From a virus, in IMG/VR virus record IMGVR_UViG_3300044844_000928: a stretch of DNA of 64,000 bases; one strand, 5' to 3'. The notes below the pieces were generated by a model that saw nothing but the letters and a program-made list of their open reading frames with translations, searched no databases and had not been told where the DNA came from. Below, in pieces: positions 42,002 to 50,008 of the stretch; the first letter of the stretch is position 1, and each line of letters opens with the position of its first letter. A program made the translations under genes and the position numbers.

Positions 42002-42952
42002 ATGAGTTTAGTAGCAAAACCAGAAGAATTCTTGTACGTTGAAAAATACCGTCCATCTAAAATTGAGGATTGTATTTTACCTGAACGAATGAAACAAACA
42101 TTAAAAGATATCGTGAAACAAGGCGAGATTCCTAATATGTTATTTTCAGGCGGCGCGGGTACTGGTAAAACTACAGCAGCATTTGCGCTTTGTAATGAAT
42201 TAGATGCTGACGTTTTATTCATTAACGCATCTATGGAGTCTGGTATTGATGTTCTTAGAAGTAAAATCCAATCATTTGCTTCTACTGTATCATTTGGCGG
42301 TGGCACTAAAGTTGTTATTCTTGATGAAGCTGACGGCTTAAACGCTAATTCTTTTCAGCCAGCATTGCGTGGTTTTATTGAAACTTTCAGCGCTAACTGT
42401 AGATTTATTCTTACTTGTAATTTTCCTCAAAAGTTGATTGCACCTATTCATTCAAGATGTACGGCTTTGAACTTCACTATTGAAAAAAGTGAGAAACAAG
42501 AGTTAGCGGCTAAATTCTTTAAAAGAGCATGTGCTATTCTTGTTGAAGAAAAAGTTGAATACGACCCAAAGGTGGTGGCTGAGGTTATTACTAAATTCTT
42601 CCCAGACTACCGTAGAGTTCTTAATGAATTACAGCGTTATTCTGTATCAGGTAAAATTGATTCTGGTATATTGTCTAACTTCAGTGATGATTCTTATAAA
42701 GCATTAATCGGCTATATAAAAGAAAAAAACTTTACTGAAGCTCGTAAATGGGTAGGTATGAATGATATTGATTGTGTAGAGTTATTCAGACATTTTTATG
42801 ATTATTCATCGACTTTGGTTGAGCCTAATTCTGTTCCTCAGTTGATTTTAATTATGGCAGACTATTCATATAAATCTGCTTTTGTTGCCGACCAAGAGTT
42901 AAATATCATGGCGGCGCTTACTGAAATTATGTCAAGTGTAAATTTCAAATGA
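42002..42952 (+). CDS. 44: Clamp loader large subunit gp44
   Basis: VEKYRP, GTGKTT, ILDEAD, SRC motifs. Confidence 0.96.
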   Translation: MSLVAKPEEFLYVEKYRPSKIEDCILPERMKQTLKDIVKQGEIPNMLFSGGAGTGKTTAAFALCNELDADVLFINASMESGIDVLRSKIQSFASTVSFGGGTKVVILDEADGLNANSFQPALRGFIETFSANCRFILTCNFPQKLIAPIHSRCTALNFTIEKSEKQELAAKFFKRACAILVEEKVEYDPKVVAEVITKFFPDYRRVLNELQRYSVSGKIDSGILSNFSDDSYKALIGYIKEKNFTEARKWVGMNDIDCVELFRHFYDYSSTLVEPNSVPQLILIMADYSYKSAFVADQELNIMAALTEIMSSVNFK

Positions 42953-43064
42953 ATACATTAGCTGTAATTATTAGCTGTATCATAAACGTTTTAACCGGTA
43001 TATGGTACACAGCTGAACAAATAATTAAATTTATTTCCCATCCTTTTGAGACATTACATAAATT

Positions 43065-43325
43065 ATGATTCAATTAATCTCTACTGTTTGTTTAATGGCG
43101 GCTTCTTTTTTTCTAGGTATGTTATACGGGCGCACTCTTAAGTCTGATGAGTTTGATGGCGCGAAATCTATTTATGTTAAAATAGAAAAACATTCTGACC
43201 TATTTTTCGCCTATGAAAATAAGACTTCAAAATATCTGGGTAAAAGCGATGATTATAACACTTTAATTCAGTATTTGAAAGATTCGTTTCCAGATTGCAT
43301 TATCTATATTATTGACCAAGAATAA
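43065..43325 (+). CDS. Hypothetical protein with N-terminal membrane anchor
   Basis: ORF track; hydrophobic N-terminus. Confidence 0.5.
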   Translation: MIQLISTVCLMAASFFLGMLYGRTLKSDEFDGAKSIYVKIEKHSDLFFAYENKTSKYLGKSDDYNTLIQYLKDSFPDCIIYIIDQE

Positions 43326-43372
43326 AAACTTATAAATAATAATGATGTCACATTTATATTATGGGATACACT

Positions 43373-43771
43373 ATGGCAAAATTGTTTGATTACTTAACAG
43401 CTATAAACTTCACGAAAGAAAATTTACTTGTTGATGAACAATCTGTTAAAGAATATACGCCTTTTATCATTAACAGGGGTTTATCTTATTATGTCGACAC
43501 GGTGTTACAGGCTAACGAAATGAACCGTTATCCTAATCTACCAAAAGATATGGCAAATGATTTTTTACTGGCGTCTATTAAAAAGAAAAAACGATTTTCT
43601 AAATGGGTCAAGAAAGCCGATAGTTCAGATGATTTGAATTTGGTGTGCGATTATTTTAATTACAGCAAAGAAAAAGGAGCGTTGGCTCTTACCTTATTAA
43701 CTGAAAGTCAAATTGATACTGTCAGAGAACAAATGGGTACGGGTGGGAAACAAAAACATGGAAAAGTATGA
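43373..43771 (+). CDS. 62: Clamp loader small subunit gp62
   Basis: Y.PFIINRGLSY..D....ANEMN..KKRFSKW. Confidence 0.92.
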   Translation: MAKLFDYLTAINFTKENLLVDEQSVKEYTPFIINRGLSYYVDTVLQANEMNRYPNLPKDMANDFLLASIKKKKRFSKWVKKADSSDDLNLVCDYFNYSKEKGALALTLLTESQIDTVREQMGTGGKQKHGKV

Positions 43772-44147
43772 TTTATTAGAAATCACATTAAAACAGCCTG
43801 ATGATTTTTTAAAGGTTCGTGAAACATTAAGCCGTATCGGTATTGCTTCTAAACAAGAAAAGAAACTTTACCAGACTGCTCATATATTACATAAACAGGG
43901 TAAATATTATCTGGTGCATTTTAAACAATTGTTTGAACTTGATAATAAGCCTACCTCTATATCAGATGATGATATTAAACGCAGGAACACAATTGCCAAA
44001 TTATTGAACGATTGGGGTTTACTAGAAATTGTCAATAAAGTTGACCTTGAAACTTGCTCACTAAATACCATAAAGATTCTTTCTTTTCAAGAGAAATCTG
44101 ACTGGGAACTATGCCCAAAATACAATTTGGGAAACAACAAATCTTAA
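43758..44147 (+). CDS. regA: Translational repressor RegA
   Basis: PDDFLKVRETL.RIGIAS..LYQ..HILHKQG.YY.VHFK. Confidence 0.96.
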   Translation: MEKYDLLEITLKQPDDFLKVRETLSRIGIASKQEKKLYQTAHILHKQGKYYLVHFKQLFELDNKPTSISDDDIKRRNTIAKLLNDWGLLEIVNKVDLETCSLNTIKILSFQEKSDWELCPKYNLGNNKS

Positions 44148-44164
44148 CCTTTTGGAATGACTAT

Positions 44165-44347
44165 ATGCTGATTACATTAGAATTACCTGTTGAAGAAGTG
44201 AATTTTATCCTTGAAATGCTTTCTGAAGAACCTTATCGTGATGTTAGTGAAATTATCGCTAAAATTCAACATCAGGGTCGTCCTCAAGTAGAAGCCGCAG
44301 AATTAGCGGCGGCTCAAGAAGAACAAGCTGAAGTAACTGAAGAATAA
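44165..44347 (+). CDS. Small acidic hypothetical protein
   Basis: L...PY..V..II.KI..Q..PQ pattern seen in phage proteins. Confidence 0.5.
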   Translation: MLITLELPVEEVNFILEMLSEEPYRDVSEIIAKIQHQGRPQVEAAELAAAQEEQAEVTEE

Positions 44348-44445
44348 ATAAAATGGAATAAAGGTTAGCGCCTTTATTTCTTAATGACATACTTAGATTG
44401 TGTCATTAAGAAATACTTTCCATCAAAATAGGATTATATATTACA

Positions 44446-44799
44446 ATGAATAAAATGCCACAGCTAATTGCTTTATTGTTTGATGCTAGAAATAAAGCAC
44501 ATATTGCACATTTACAAACAACAAGTTTTTCTCAACATAATGCGCTAAAGGAGTTCTACAGTGCAGTTATTGACATTGCGGATTCGCTTGCGGAAAATCA
44601 TCAAGGGAGAAATGGGATTATTAATGATTATCCTGTTGTTAATAACCCTAGTGATGCAGTCCAGTTGGTTTCTACCTTACGTTCTTGGGTAGATGCTAAT
44701 CGTGCTGATTGTGGGTCAGAAAATGAAATTCAAAACATTATAGATACTTTACAATCTTTGAACAACGAAACTTTGTATAAGCTAAACAACTTGAGATAA
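44446..44799 (+). CDS. Ferritin/Dps-like four-helix protein (DUF5856-like)
   Basis: AH..HLQT.S...H.AL..FY....D...E..QG; NIID.......YKL..L. Confidence 0.7.
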   Translation: MNKMPQLIALLFDARNKAHIAHLQTTSFSQHNALKEFYSAVIDIADSLAENHQGRNGIINDYPVVNNPSDAVQLVSTLRSWVDANRADCGSENEIQNIIDTLQSLNNETLYKLNNLR

Positions 44800-44803
44800 C
44801 ATT

Positions 44804-45049
44804 ATGAATATTTTTTCTAAAATCGGTCACGCTGTTAAACATGAAGCTGAAGCAGTTGGCAATGGCGTGGTTGATATTGCTACCGGTGTAGCGGCTAAAA
44901 CTGCTTATGATGCTATTGTATCAACTGGTACAGCCGCTGTAGAAGGAACTGTTGCCGCCGCTGGTACTGTAGCTGAAGTTGCTGGTAGCGCGGAAACTAT
45001 CGCGGTTTTGACAGAAGTGGGTGAAGTAGCGGCGATTGCTGCTCTTTAA
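44804..45049 (+). CDS. Ala/Val-rich hypothetical protein
   Basis: ORF track. Confidence 0.5.
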   Translation: MNIFSKIGHAVKHEAEAVGNGVVDIATGVAAKTAYDAIVSTGTAAVEGTVAAAGTVAEVAGSAETIAVLTEVGEVAAIAAL

Positions 45050-45056
45050 ATAAAAC

Positions 45057-45085
45057 TTTACTTTATTGTGTAAATAAATTATAAT
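45057..45085 (+). promoter_or_regulatory. Sigma70-type early promoter for the ncRNA/tRNA cluster
   Basis: TTTACT-17-TATAAT with an A-rich UP element. Confidence 0.75.
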
Positions 45086-45109
45086 ATACCTGTAGTTTGA
45101 GTTAAAGAG

Positions 45110-45727
45110 TTTTGGTAGCCTAGTCGGTTTGGATCGGGGTTACTATCAAAATTGGAAGCACTACCAATTAAAAGTGGCAAATGTATGTTCTGCGGAAAGC
45201 CTTAAAGCACAAAAAAGAACTGACAGTTTGGAAAGACAAACATTATGAAGCATAAGTATTACATTCTAGTCGGGTTTGTGGTCGTACTAGGCAGCACATG
45301 TAACTCCGTAAATACTTATGACTTGATAGTTGATGCGTAGGCTGATACGCACCGATGTGATGTAAGAGGGGAATAAGGCTATACGTTAATCCTTATTAAG
45401 CTGGAGTTCAGCGCCGGTAACTATCAATCTCCTTAGCCTGCTGGGAGAATAATAAGGCAGGAGTGTACCGAACCAGCTTGTGCACAGCGAGTGGACTGGT
45501 GACAGCTTGGAAAGACAAGCACTATGAATGATTGGTATTGTGCCGAGCGTGAAGATGCCCACTAGATAAGCGTGAGACTTGTAAAATCCCGCCAGTATCA
45601 ATGATTGATAGTTATTGCGTAGGCTGATACGCGCGGGAATTGACATCGCTTAATTGAACAGGGGAGCATACTAGGTTGCTCACTGGCAGAACCTTCTGCA
45701 AGCCGGAGATCAGCACCGGCAACTATC
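45110..45727 (+). ncRNA. Cluster of putative structured ncRNAs (two ~280-nt tandem units)
   Basis: No credible ORF, GC-richer than flanks, repeated scaffolds with compensatory changes (see findings). Confidence 0.75.
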
Positions 45728-45736
45728 TAAATTTAA

Positions 45737-45810
45737 GCGCCTTTAGCATAATTGGTTAATGCCGCGAACTCATAATTCGTAAGATCGGGGTTCGAGTCCC
45801 TGAGGGCGCA
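45737..45810 (+). tRNA. tRNA with CAT anticodon (Ile2 or elongator Met); CCA not encoded
   Basis: GCGCCTT/AGGGCGC acceptor stem, GCGAA-CTCATAA-TTCGT anticodon arm, GTTCGAG T-loop. Confidence 0.88.
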
Positions 45811-45916
45811 AAATTTTATATTAAATAAGTGTAGTTAGGTTGATATTCCCGTACCAACCAACTCAGTTACGGATTACCGAGCTGTCCTACACAAATTTAT
45901 ATATACGGATAAAAAT

Positions 45917-46615
45917 ATGTTCTACTTAGTTTATAAAATCACAAATAATATAAATCAAAAATATTATATTGGGTGTCATAAAACTACTAATGTTGATGAT
46001 GGGTATATGGGTTCTGGTGTGCTAATAAAAAGAGCAATATCTAAGTATGGAATAGAAAATTTCACTAAACAGATATTACATTACTGCTCAACTTCTGAAG
46101 AAATGTTTACTAAAGAATTTGAATTAGTTACTATTACAGAACAATCTTATAATTTAAAACTAGGTGGAAACGGCGGGTTTAACTATATTAACACACATAA
46201 TCTTAATAAACCAGAAAATTGGTGTTTAGAATCTGTTATTAGACACAAAAAAGGTTGTAAAAAAGGCGGCATTAAAAATAAAACTTTAGGTACTGGAATA
46301 TTTGGATTATCTTTTAAACAAAAATCTGAAATTGGTAAAAAGGCAAATGCAGCTACCCAATTAAAATTAATGGATACTATAGGATATAAATCTGTATTTG
46401 GTATATTAAACAAAGATGAAGAATTCCAATTAAAAAGAAAGGCTAAATTTTGTGAAATAGACCACCAAAAAGGTAATAAAAATTCACAATATGGCACTAT
46501 GTGGATTACAAATGGCGAATTTAATAGTAAAATTACAAAAGGATTAGATTTACCAGATGGGTGGATATTAGGCAGAAAAATTGGATTGCCATCTATTAAA
46601 ATTAGTTTAAAATAA
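45917..46615 (+). CDS. Seg-like GIY-YIG homing endonuclease
   Basis: YLVYKITN..N.KYYIG.H..Y.GSG..E; YNLK.GG; YGTMWITNG; sits in a tRNA cluster like T4 segB. Confidence 0.85.
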   Translation: MFYLVYKITNNINQKYYIGCHKTTNVDDGYMGSGVLIKRAISKYGIENFTKQILHYCSTSEEMFTKEFELVTITEQSYNLKLGGNGGFNYINTHNLNKPENWCLESVIRHKKGCKKGGIKNKTLGTGIFGLSFKQKSEIGKKANAATQLKLMDTIGYKSVFGILNKDEEFQLKRKAKFCEIDHQKGNKNSQYGTMWITNGEFNSKITKGLDLPDGWILGRKIGLPSIKISLK

Positions 46616-46722
46616 TGTTGCGGCAGTAGGTCAGCTCCGCGTTAAAAACCGAAATAACCAAACTGATGTTGTATTGTGGCGATAGGCTAGTCCCACGTTA
46701 AAAACTGAAATAACCAAACTGA
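46616..46722 (+). repeat. Tandem pair of hairpin plus A-rich tail units
   Basis: CGTTAAAAACYGAAATAACCAAACTGA occurs twice, each behind a covarying stem (GCGG/CCGC and GTGG/CCAC). Confidence 0.8.
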
Positions 46723-46727
46723 ATATT

Positions 46728-46803
46728 CTCTCTGTAGTGTAGTCTGGTAACATGATGCGTTTGGGGCGCATTGTCCGTCGTTCAAATCGACGCAGGGAGA
46801 CCA
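46728..46803 (+). tRNA. tRNA-Pro(TGG)
   Basis: CTCTCTG/CAGGGAG acceptor, ATGCG-TTTGGGG-CGCAT anticodon arm, TTCAAAT T-loop, CCA. Confidence 0.9.
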
Positions 46804-46809
46804 AATTAT

Positions 46810-46884
46810 TCCATCTAACGCACAAGGTGTGCGACCGGACTGTTAATCCGTGTGAGCGCGATTCGATTTCGTGAGATGGAGCCA
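46810..46884 (+). tRNA. tRNA-Asn(GTT)
   Basis: TCCATCT/AGATGGA acceptor, CGGA-CTGTTAA-TCCG anticodon arm, TTCGATT T-loop, GCCA end. Confidence 0.85.
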
Positions 46885-46890
46885 AATAAC

Positions 46891-46964
46891 GCCGGTATAG
46901 TATAATGATAATACAATTGACTTGTAATCTTTAAATCACAGTTTGATTCTGTGTACCGGCTCCA
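46891..46964 (+). tRNA. tRNA-Thr(TGT), atypical and possibly degenerate
   Basis: GCCGGTA/TACCGGC acceptor and CCA, but two mismatches in the anticodon stem, no GG in the D-loop and a TTTGA T-loop. Confidence 0.7.
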
Positions 46965-47119
46965 AATACCTGCGTTGGTTCTTACTTTTCGCTATTTTTG
47001 TAAGATTTAATAGGGGGAGACGTAGGATAAAAACATACTGTTTTAGTATGTTTTTTAAATAGCTAACTTGATTTGAATTTAACAAATTCTATTTTAATAT
47101 CCTTTTTTTGGAGAATAAC

Positions 47120-47878
47120 ATGTCAGCTACAATTGAAACTGTAAAAGCAGAAGCTAAAGAATCTTCACTTTTGAATAAAAAAGCTATGCTATTTGGTGCG
47201 TCATTATATATTGTGTTTTATGGATGGGTTCGTTGGTATGAAGGGGTTTACGGGTGGTCTGCTGGTTTAGACTCGTTTGCTCCAGAGTTTGAAACATACT
47301 GGATGAACTTCTTATACATAGAAATGGTTTTAGAGGTATTAACCGCGTCAATTTTATGGGGTTATATCTGGAAAAGTCGTGATCGTAAAGTGATGTCAAT
47401 CACACCACGTGAAGAATTGCGTCGTCATTTCACACATTGGGTATGGTTGGTAATGTACGGTATCGCAATTTATTATGGAGCATCATATTTTACTGAACAA
47501 GATGGTACATGGCATCAAACAATTGTTAGAGATACCGACTTTACTCCAAGTCATGTTATTGAGTTCTATTTAAGTTATCCGATTTATATTATTACTGGTG
47601 TTGCTTCGTTTTTATATGCTAAAACTCGTTTACCAACCTACCAAAAAGGCTTACCATTACAATATATGGTATCTGTAATTGGTCCATTTATGATTCTTCC
47701 AAACGTAGGTTTGAATGAATGGGGTCACACTTTCTGGTTTATGGAAGAATTGTTTGTTGCTCCTTTGCATTATGGATTTGTATTTTTTGGCTGGGCGGCT
47801 TTAGGCGTATTGGGCGTTGTTAATATCGAAGTAAAAGCAATTGCTAACTTATTGAAAAAAGACTTAGCTGTAGCATAG
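47120..47878 (+). CDS. pmoC: Particulate methane monooxygenase subunit C (auxiliary metabolic gene)
   Basis: GWSAGLDSFAPEFETYW; EQDGTWHQTIVRDTDFTPSH; PNVGLNEWGHTFWFMEELFVAPLHYGFV; ATG at 47120 behind a GGAG RBS. Confidence 0.98.
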   Translation: MSATIETVKAEAKESSLLNKKAMLFGASLYIVFYGWVRWYEGVYGWSAGLDSFAPEFETYWMNFLYIEMVLEVLTASILWGYIWKSRDRKVMSITPREELRRHFTHWVWLVMYGIAIYYGASYFTEQDGTWHQTIVRDTDFTPSHVIEFYLSYPIYIITGVASFLYAKTRLPTYQKGLPLQYMVSVIGPFMILPNVGLNEWGHTFWFMEELFVAPLHYGFVFFGWAALGVLGVVNIEVKAIANLLKKDLAVA

Positions 47879-47886
47879 CTATGTGG

Positions 47887-47921
47887 ATAGCGAATAGGGA
47901 ATAAAATCTCTATTCGCTATC
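47887..47921 (+). terminator. Hairpin after pmoC
   Basis: GATAGCGAATAGGGA-ATAAAA-TCTCTATTCGCTATC. Confidence 0.7.
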
Positions 47922-47962
47922 TCATACCCTAAATAATTCTATAGATGATTAAAGGAAAATTT

Positions 47963-48472
47963 ATGGAATTAAACGAAAAAAAGAACCCTCTTAGTTTTAA
48001 ATGCTGGAGAGATAAGCATAAAGAAGGAACTAAGATGAAAGGCGGTAAATTGGTTAACAACTGCGTGCCTAATGAAAGTTTTGAATTATCTTCTGACGAA
48101 ATGTTTGATATGATTGAAAGCACCATTGAAGAATACGCAAGCGAAAACGGGTTTACCAGTGAATATATTTGGGATATATTTGATGTCGTTAGCGATGACG
48201 AATTATTAGAATATGCGATTGATGCGAAAGGTCACAAAAGCTCTACTGGTGGGTTGACGCAAAAGGGCGTTGATGCGTATAGAAAAGAAAATCCAGGAAG
48301 TAAATTACAAATGGCGGTAACAACTCCACCTAGTAAATTAGATCCTGATAGCAAAGCAGCAAAAAGACGCAAAAGCTTTTGTGCCAGAATGAGTGGTGTA
48401 TCCGGACCAATGAAAGATAAAAATGGCAAACCAACAAGAAAGGCGTTAGCCTTAAAGAAATGGAATTGCTAA
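47963..48472 (+). CDS. Conserved T4-like late protein (GGL..KG...Y..RRKSFCARM family)
   Basis: CW....GTKMKGGK.V.NCVP and RRKSFCARM.G motifs; late promoter at 47929. Confidence 0.65.
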   Translation: MELNEKKNPLSFKCWRDKHKEGTKMKGGKLVNNCVPNESFELSSDEMFDMIESTIEEYASENGFTSEYIWDIFDVVSDDELLEYAIDAKGHKSSTGGLTQKGVDAYRKENPGSKLQMAVTTPPSKLDPDSKAAKRRKSFCARMSGVSGPMKDKNGKPTRKALALKKWNC

Positions 48473-48500
48473 AATAGTAGGCGGTAAAACGTTACTAAAT

Positions 48501-48638
48501 AGGTTTGGACAGTTCTACGTCAACGGAACTGACCGTGTAGCAATAGAAGCTACCATCCTCAATACGATAAGTTGAGCCACTTTAAACCTGTGTTGCCATT
48601 AGGAACACAATTCTTGCTTTTTATAAAGGAGATTTTAT
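48501..48638 (+). promoter_or_regulatory. Structured hsp20 5' UTR with a ROSE-like thermometer hairpin
   Basis: Cloverleaf at 48501-48589; CTTGCT lies opposite the AGGAG SD (48613-48631). Confidence 0.65.
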
Positions 48639-49055
48639 ATGACACATCCAATTTTAGTATTAAAAGAAATACAAAACCAAATCGCTAGACAGGAAAAGGT
48701 TAATTATCCACCATACAATATTAAATATGTGGACGATTTTAATACCGTTGTAGAAATAGCGCTTGCCGGCTTATCGGAAGATGATATTTCAATCTTGCTA
48801 GAAAAACAGGTTTTAACAGTTTCTTATTCTGCTAAAACTGATGCAGCTGAATCAAAATATTTTCATAAGGGTATTAGCTCAAAATCATTTAGTCGTAGCT
48901 TTACGCTAGACGTTGATTCTGTAGTCAAAGGTGCTGATATGAATAATGGTTTACTAAGTATCTATATTAACAAAGTTATCCCAGAAAGTTTAAAACCAAA
49001 ACAAATTCTGATTAATAACAAATCTAATCCTCAATTATTAACTGAAGCGAAATAA
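48639..49055 (+). CDS. hsp20: Small heat-shock protein Hsp20 (IbpA-like)
   Basis: NYPPYNI, EIALAG, HKGI..KSF.RSF.L, A.M.NGLL.I. Confidence 0.93.
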   Translation: MTHPILVLKEIQNQIARQEKVNYPPYNIKYVDDFNTVVEIALAGLSEDDISILLEKQVLTVSYSAKTDAAESKYFHKGISSKSFSRSFTLDVDSVVKGADMNNGLLSIYINKVIPESLKPKQILINNKSNPQLLTEAK

Positions 49056-49060
49056 ACTAT

Positions 49061-49369
49061 ATGACTACAACTGTAATTGCTCTAAAATTAACAACCGGTG
49101 AAGACGTTTTAACCCGTTTGGAATCTGAGGATGAATTTGAATATGTGACTTCATACCCTGCGTATGTAAGTATCGGCACAAACCCAGATGGTCAATCTGG
49201 CGTACAAATCGCGCCGTTTATTGCGTTCGCTGTTGACGGCAAAGTGAAAATTAAAAAATCTGCGGTTGCGGCTGAAGCTGAACCAGATTCTAAACTTGCA
49301 GATGAATATACAAAATTGTTTCATCCTGGCACTATACAGTTGGTTTCGAACGGTAAAATTATTGTTTAA
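49061..49369 (+). CDS. Conserved T4-like hypothetical protein (Sm-like)
   Basis: LKL.TGEDV N-terminus; typical position after hsp20. Confidence 0.6.
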   Translation: MTTTVIALKLTTGEDVLTRLESEDEFEYVTSYPAYVSIGTNPDGQSGVQIAPFIAFAVDGKVKIKKSAVAAEAEPDSKLADEYTKLFHPGTIQLVSNGKIIV

Positions 49370-49393
49370 TGATAAACATAATTGACTAATTTT

Positions 49394-49431
49394 AAAAGGT
49401 TCACAGTTTAATTGCTGTGAACCTTTTTTTT
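49394..49431. terminator. Bidirectional terminator
   Basis: AAAAGGTTCACAG...CTGTGAACCTTTTTT between convergent genes. Confidence 0.8.
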
Positions 49432-50008
49432 ACTTTATTTTGCAGTTGTCAAAATGCCATCGTTTCATTACACTCACTCCACCAGTTTTACCGCAATGTG
49501 GACATGTTATTTGTTTTTTCGGTTTACGCATTTTGGCTTTAGTTTCTTCTGATTGAGGTTTACCCTTATTAGCAGCAGATATTTTGGCTTTATGCTCATC
49601 TGACTTAGGTTTGCGCATTTTGACTTTAGATTCTTCTGTGTGCATTTTACCCTTTTTAGCTTCAGACATTTTGGATTTAGTTTCGTCTGTATGTTTCACA
49701 CTTCCGCCATCCAATCCATTTTCTGGCATCATATTTGCCCATTTTTTAGAATTGACAATATCGTTTTCTGCAGAAAACTTTAAGGCGAATTCAGCGATAG
49801 ATGTGTCTGTGTAAGGTTCCGAAACCCAAAGAGTAACGATGTGTTCTTTACCGTGGACTTTGATGTGGTTACACCAGTATTTGCCTGAGCCATTGTATGT
49901 GTATGGGTCTTTTATTGTTTTCCCAAAATACTTTAAGCCGGTTATGGAATGTTGTTTGATATAGAGATAGGTGGGATCTATTGCGGTATAAATACTTGTG
50001 CTGGTCAT
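49430..50008 (-). CDS. Putative homing endonuclease, paralogue of 34316-35056
   Basis: PTYLYIKQHSITGLKYFGKT, NUMOD3-type repeats, CPHC zinc finger. Confidence 0.75.
   Translation of the reverse strand: MTSTSIYTAIDPTYLYIKQHSITGLKYFGKTIKDPYTYNGSGKYWCNHIKVHGKEHIVTLWVSEPYTDTSIAEFALKFSAENDIVNSKKWANMMPENGLDGGSVKHTDETKSKMSEAKKGKMHTEESKVKMRKPKSDEHKAKISAANKGKPQSEETKAKMRKPKKQITCPHCGKTGGVSVMKRWHFDNCKIK

Noticed and set aside
45386-45646. Minus-strand 86-aa ORF, and the ORF at 46631-46885
   Set aside because: They are antisense to the structured RNAs and tRNAs and show no protein features.
46640-46722. 27-nt direct repeat with a ~29-nt gap as a mini-CRISPR
   Set aside because: There are only two copies, and the intervening segment is homologous to the segment before the first copy, so it is a tandem duplication.
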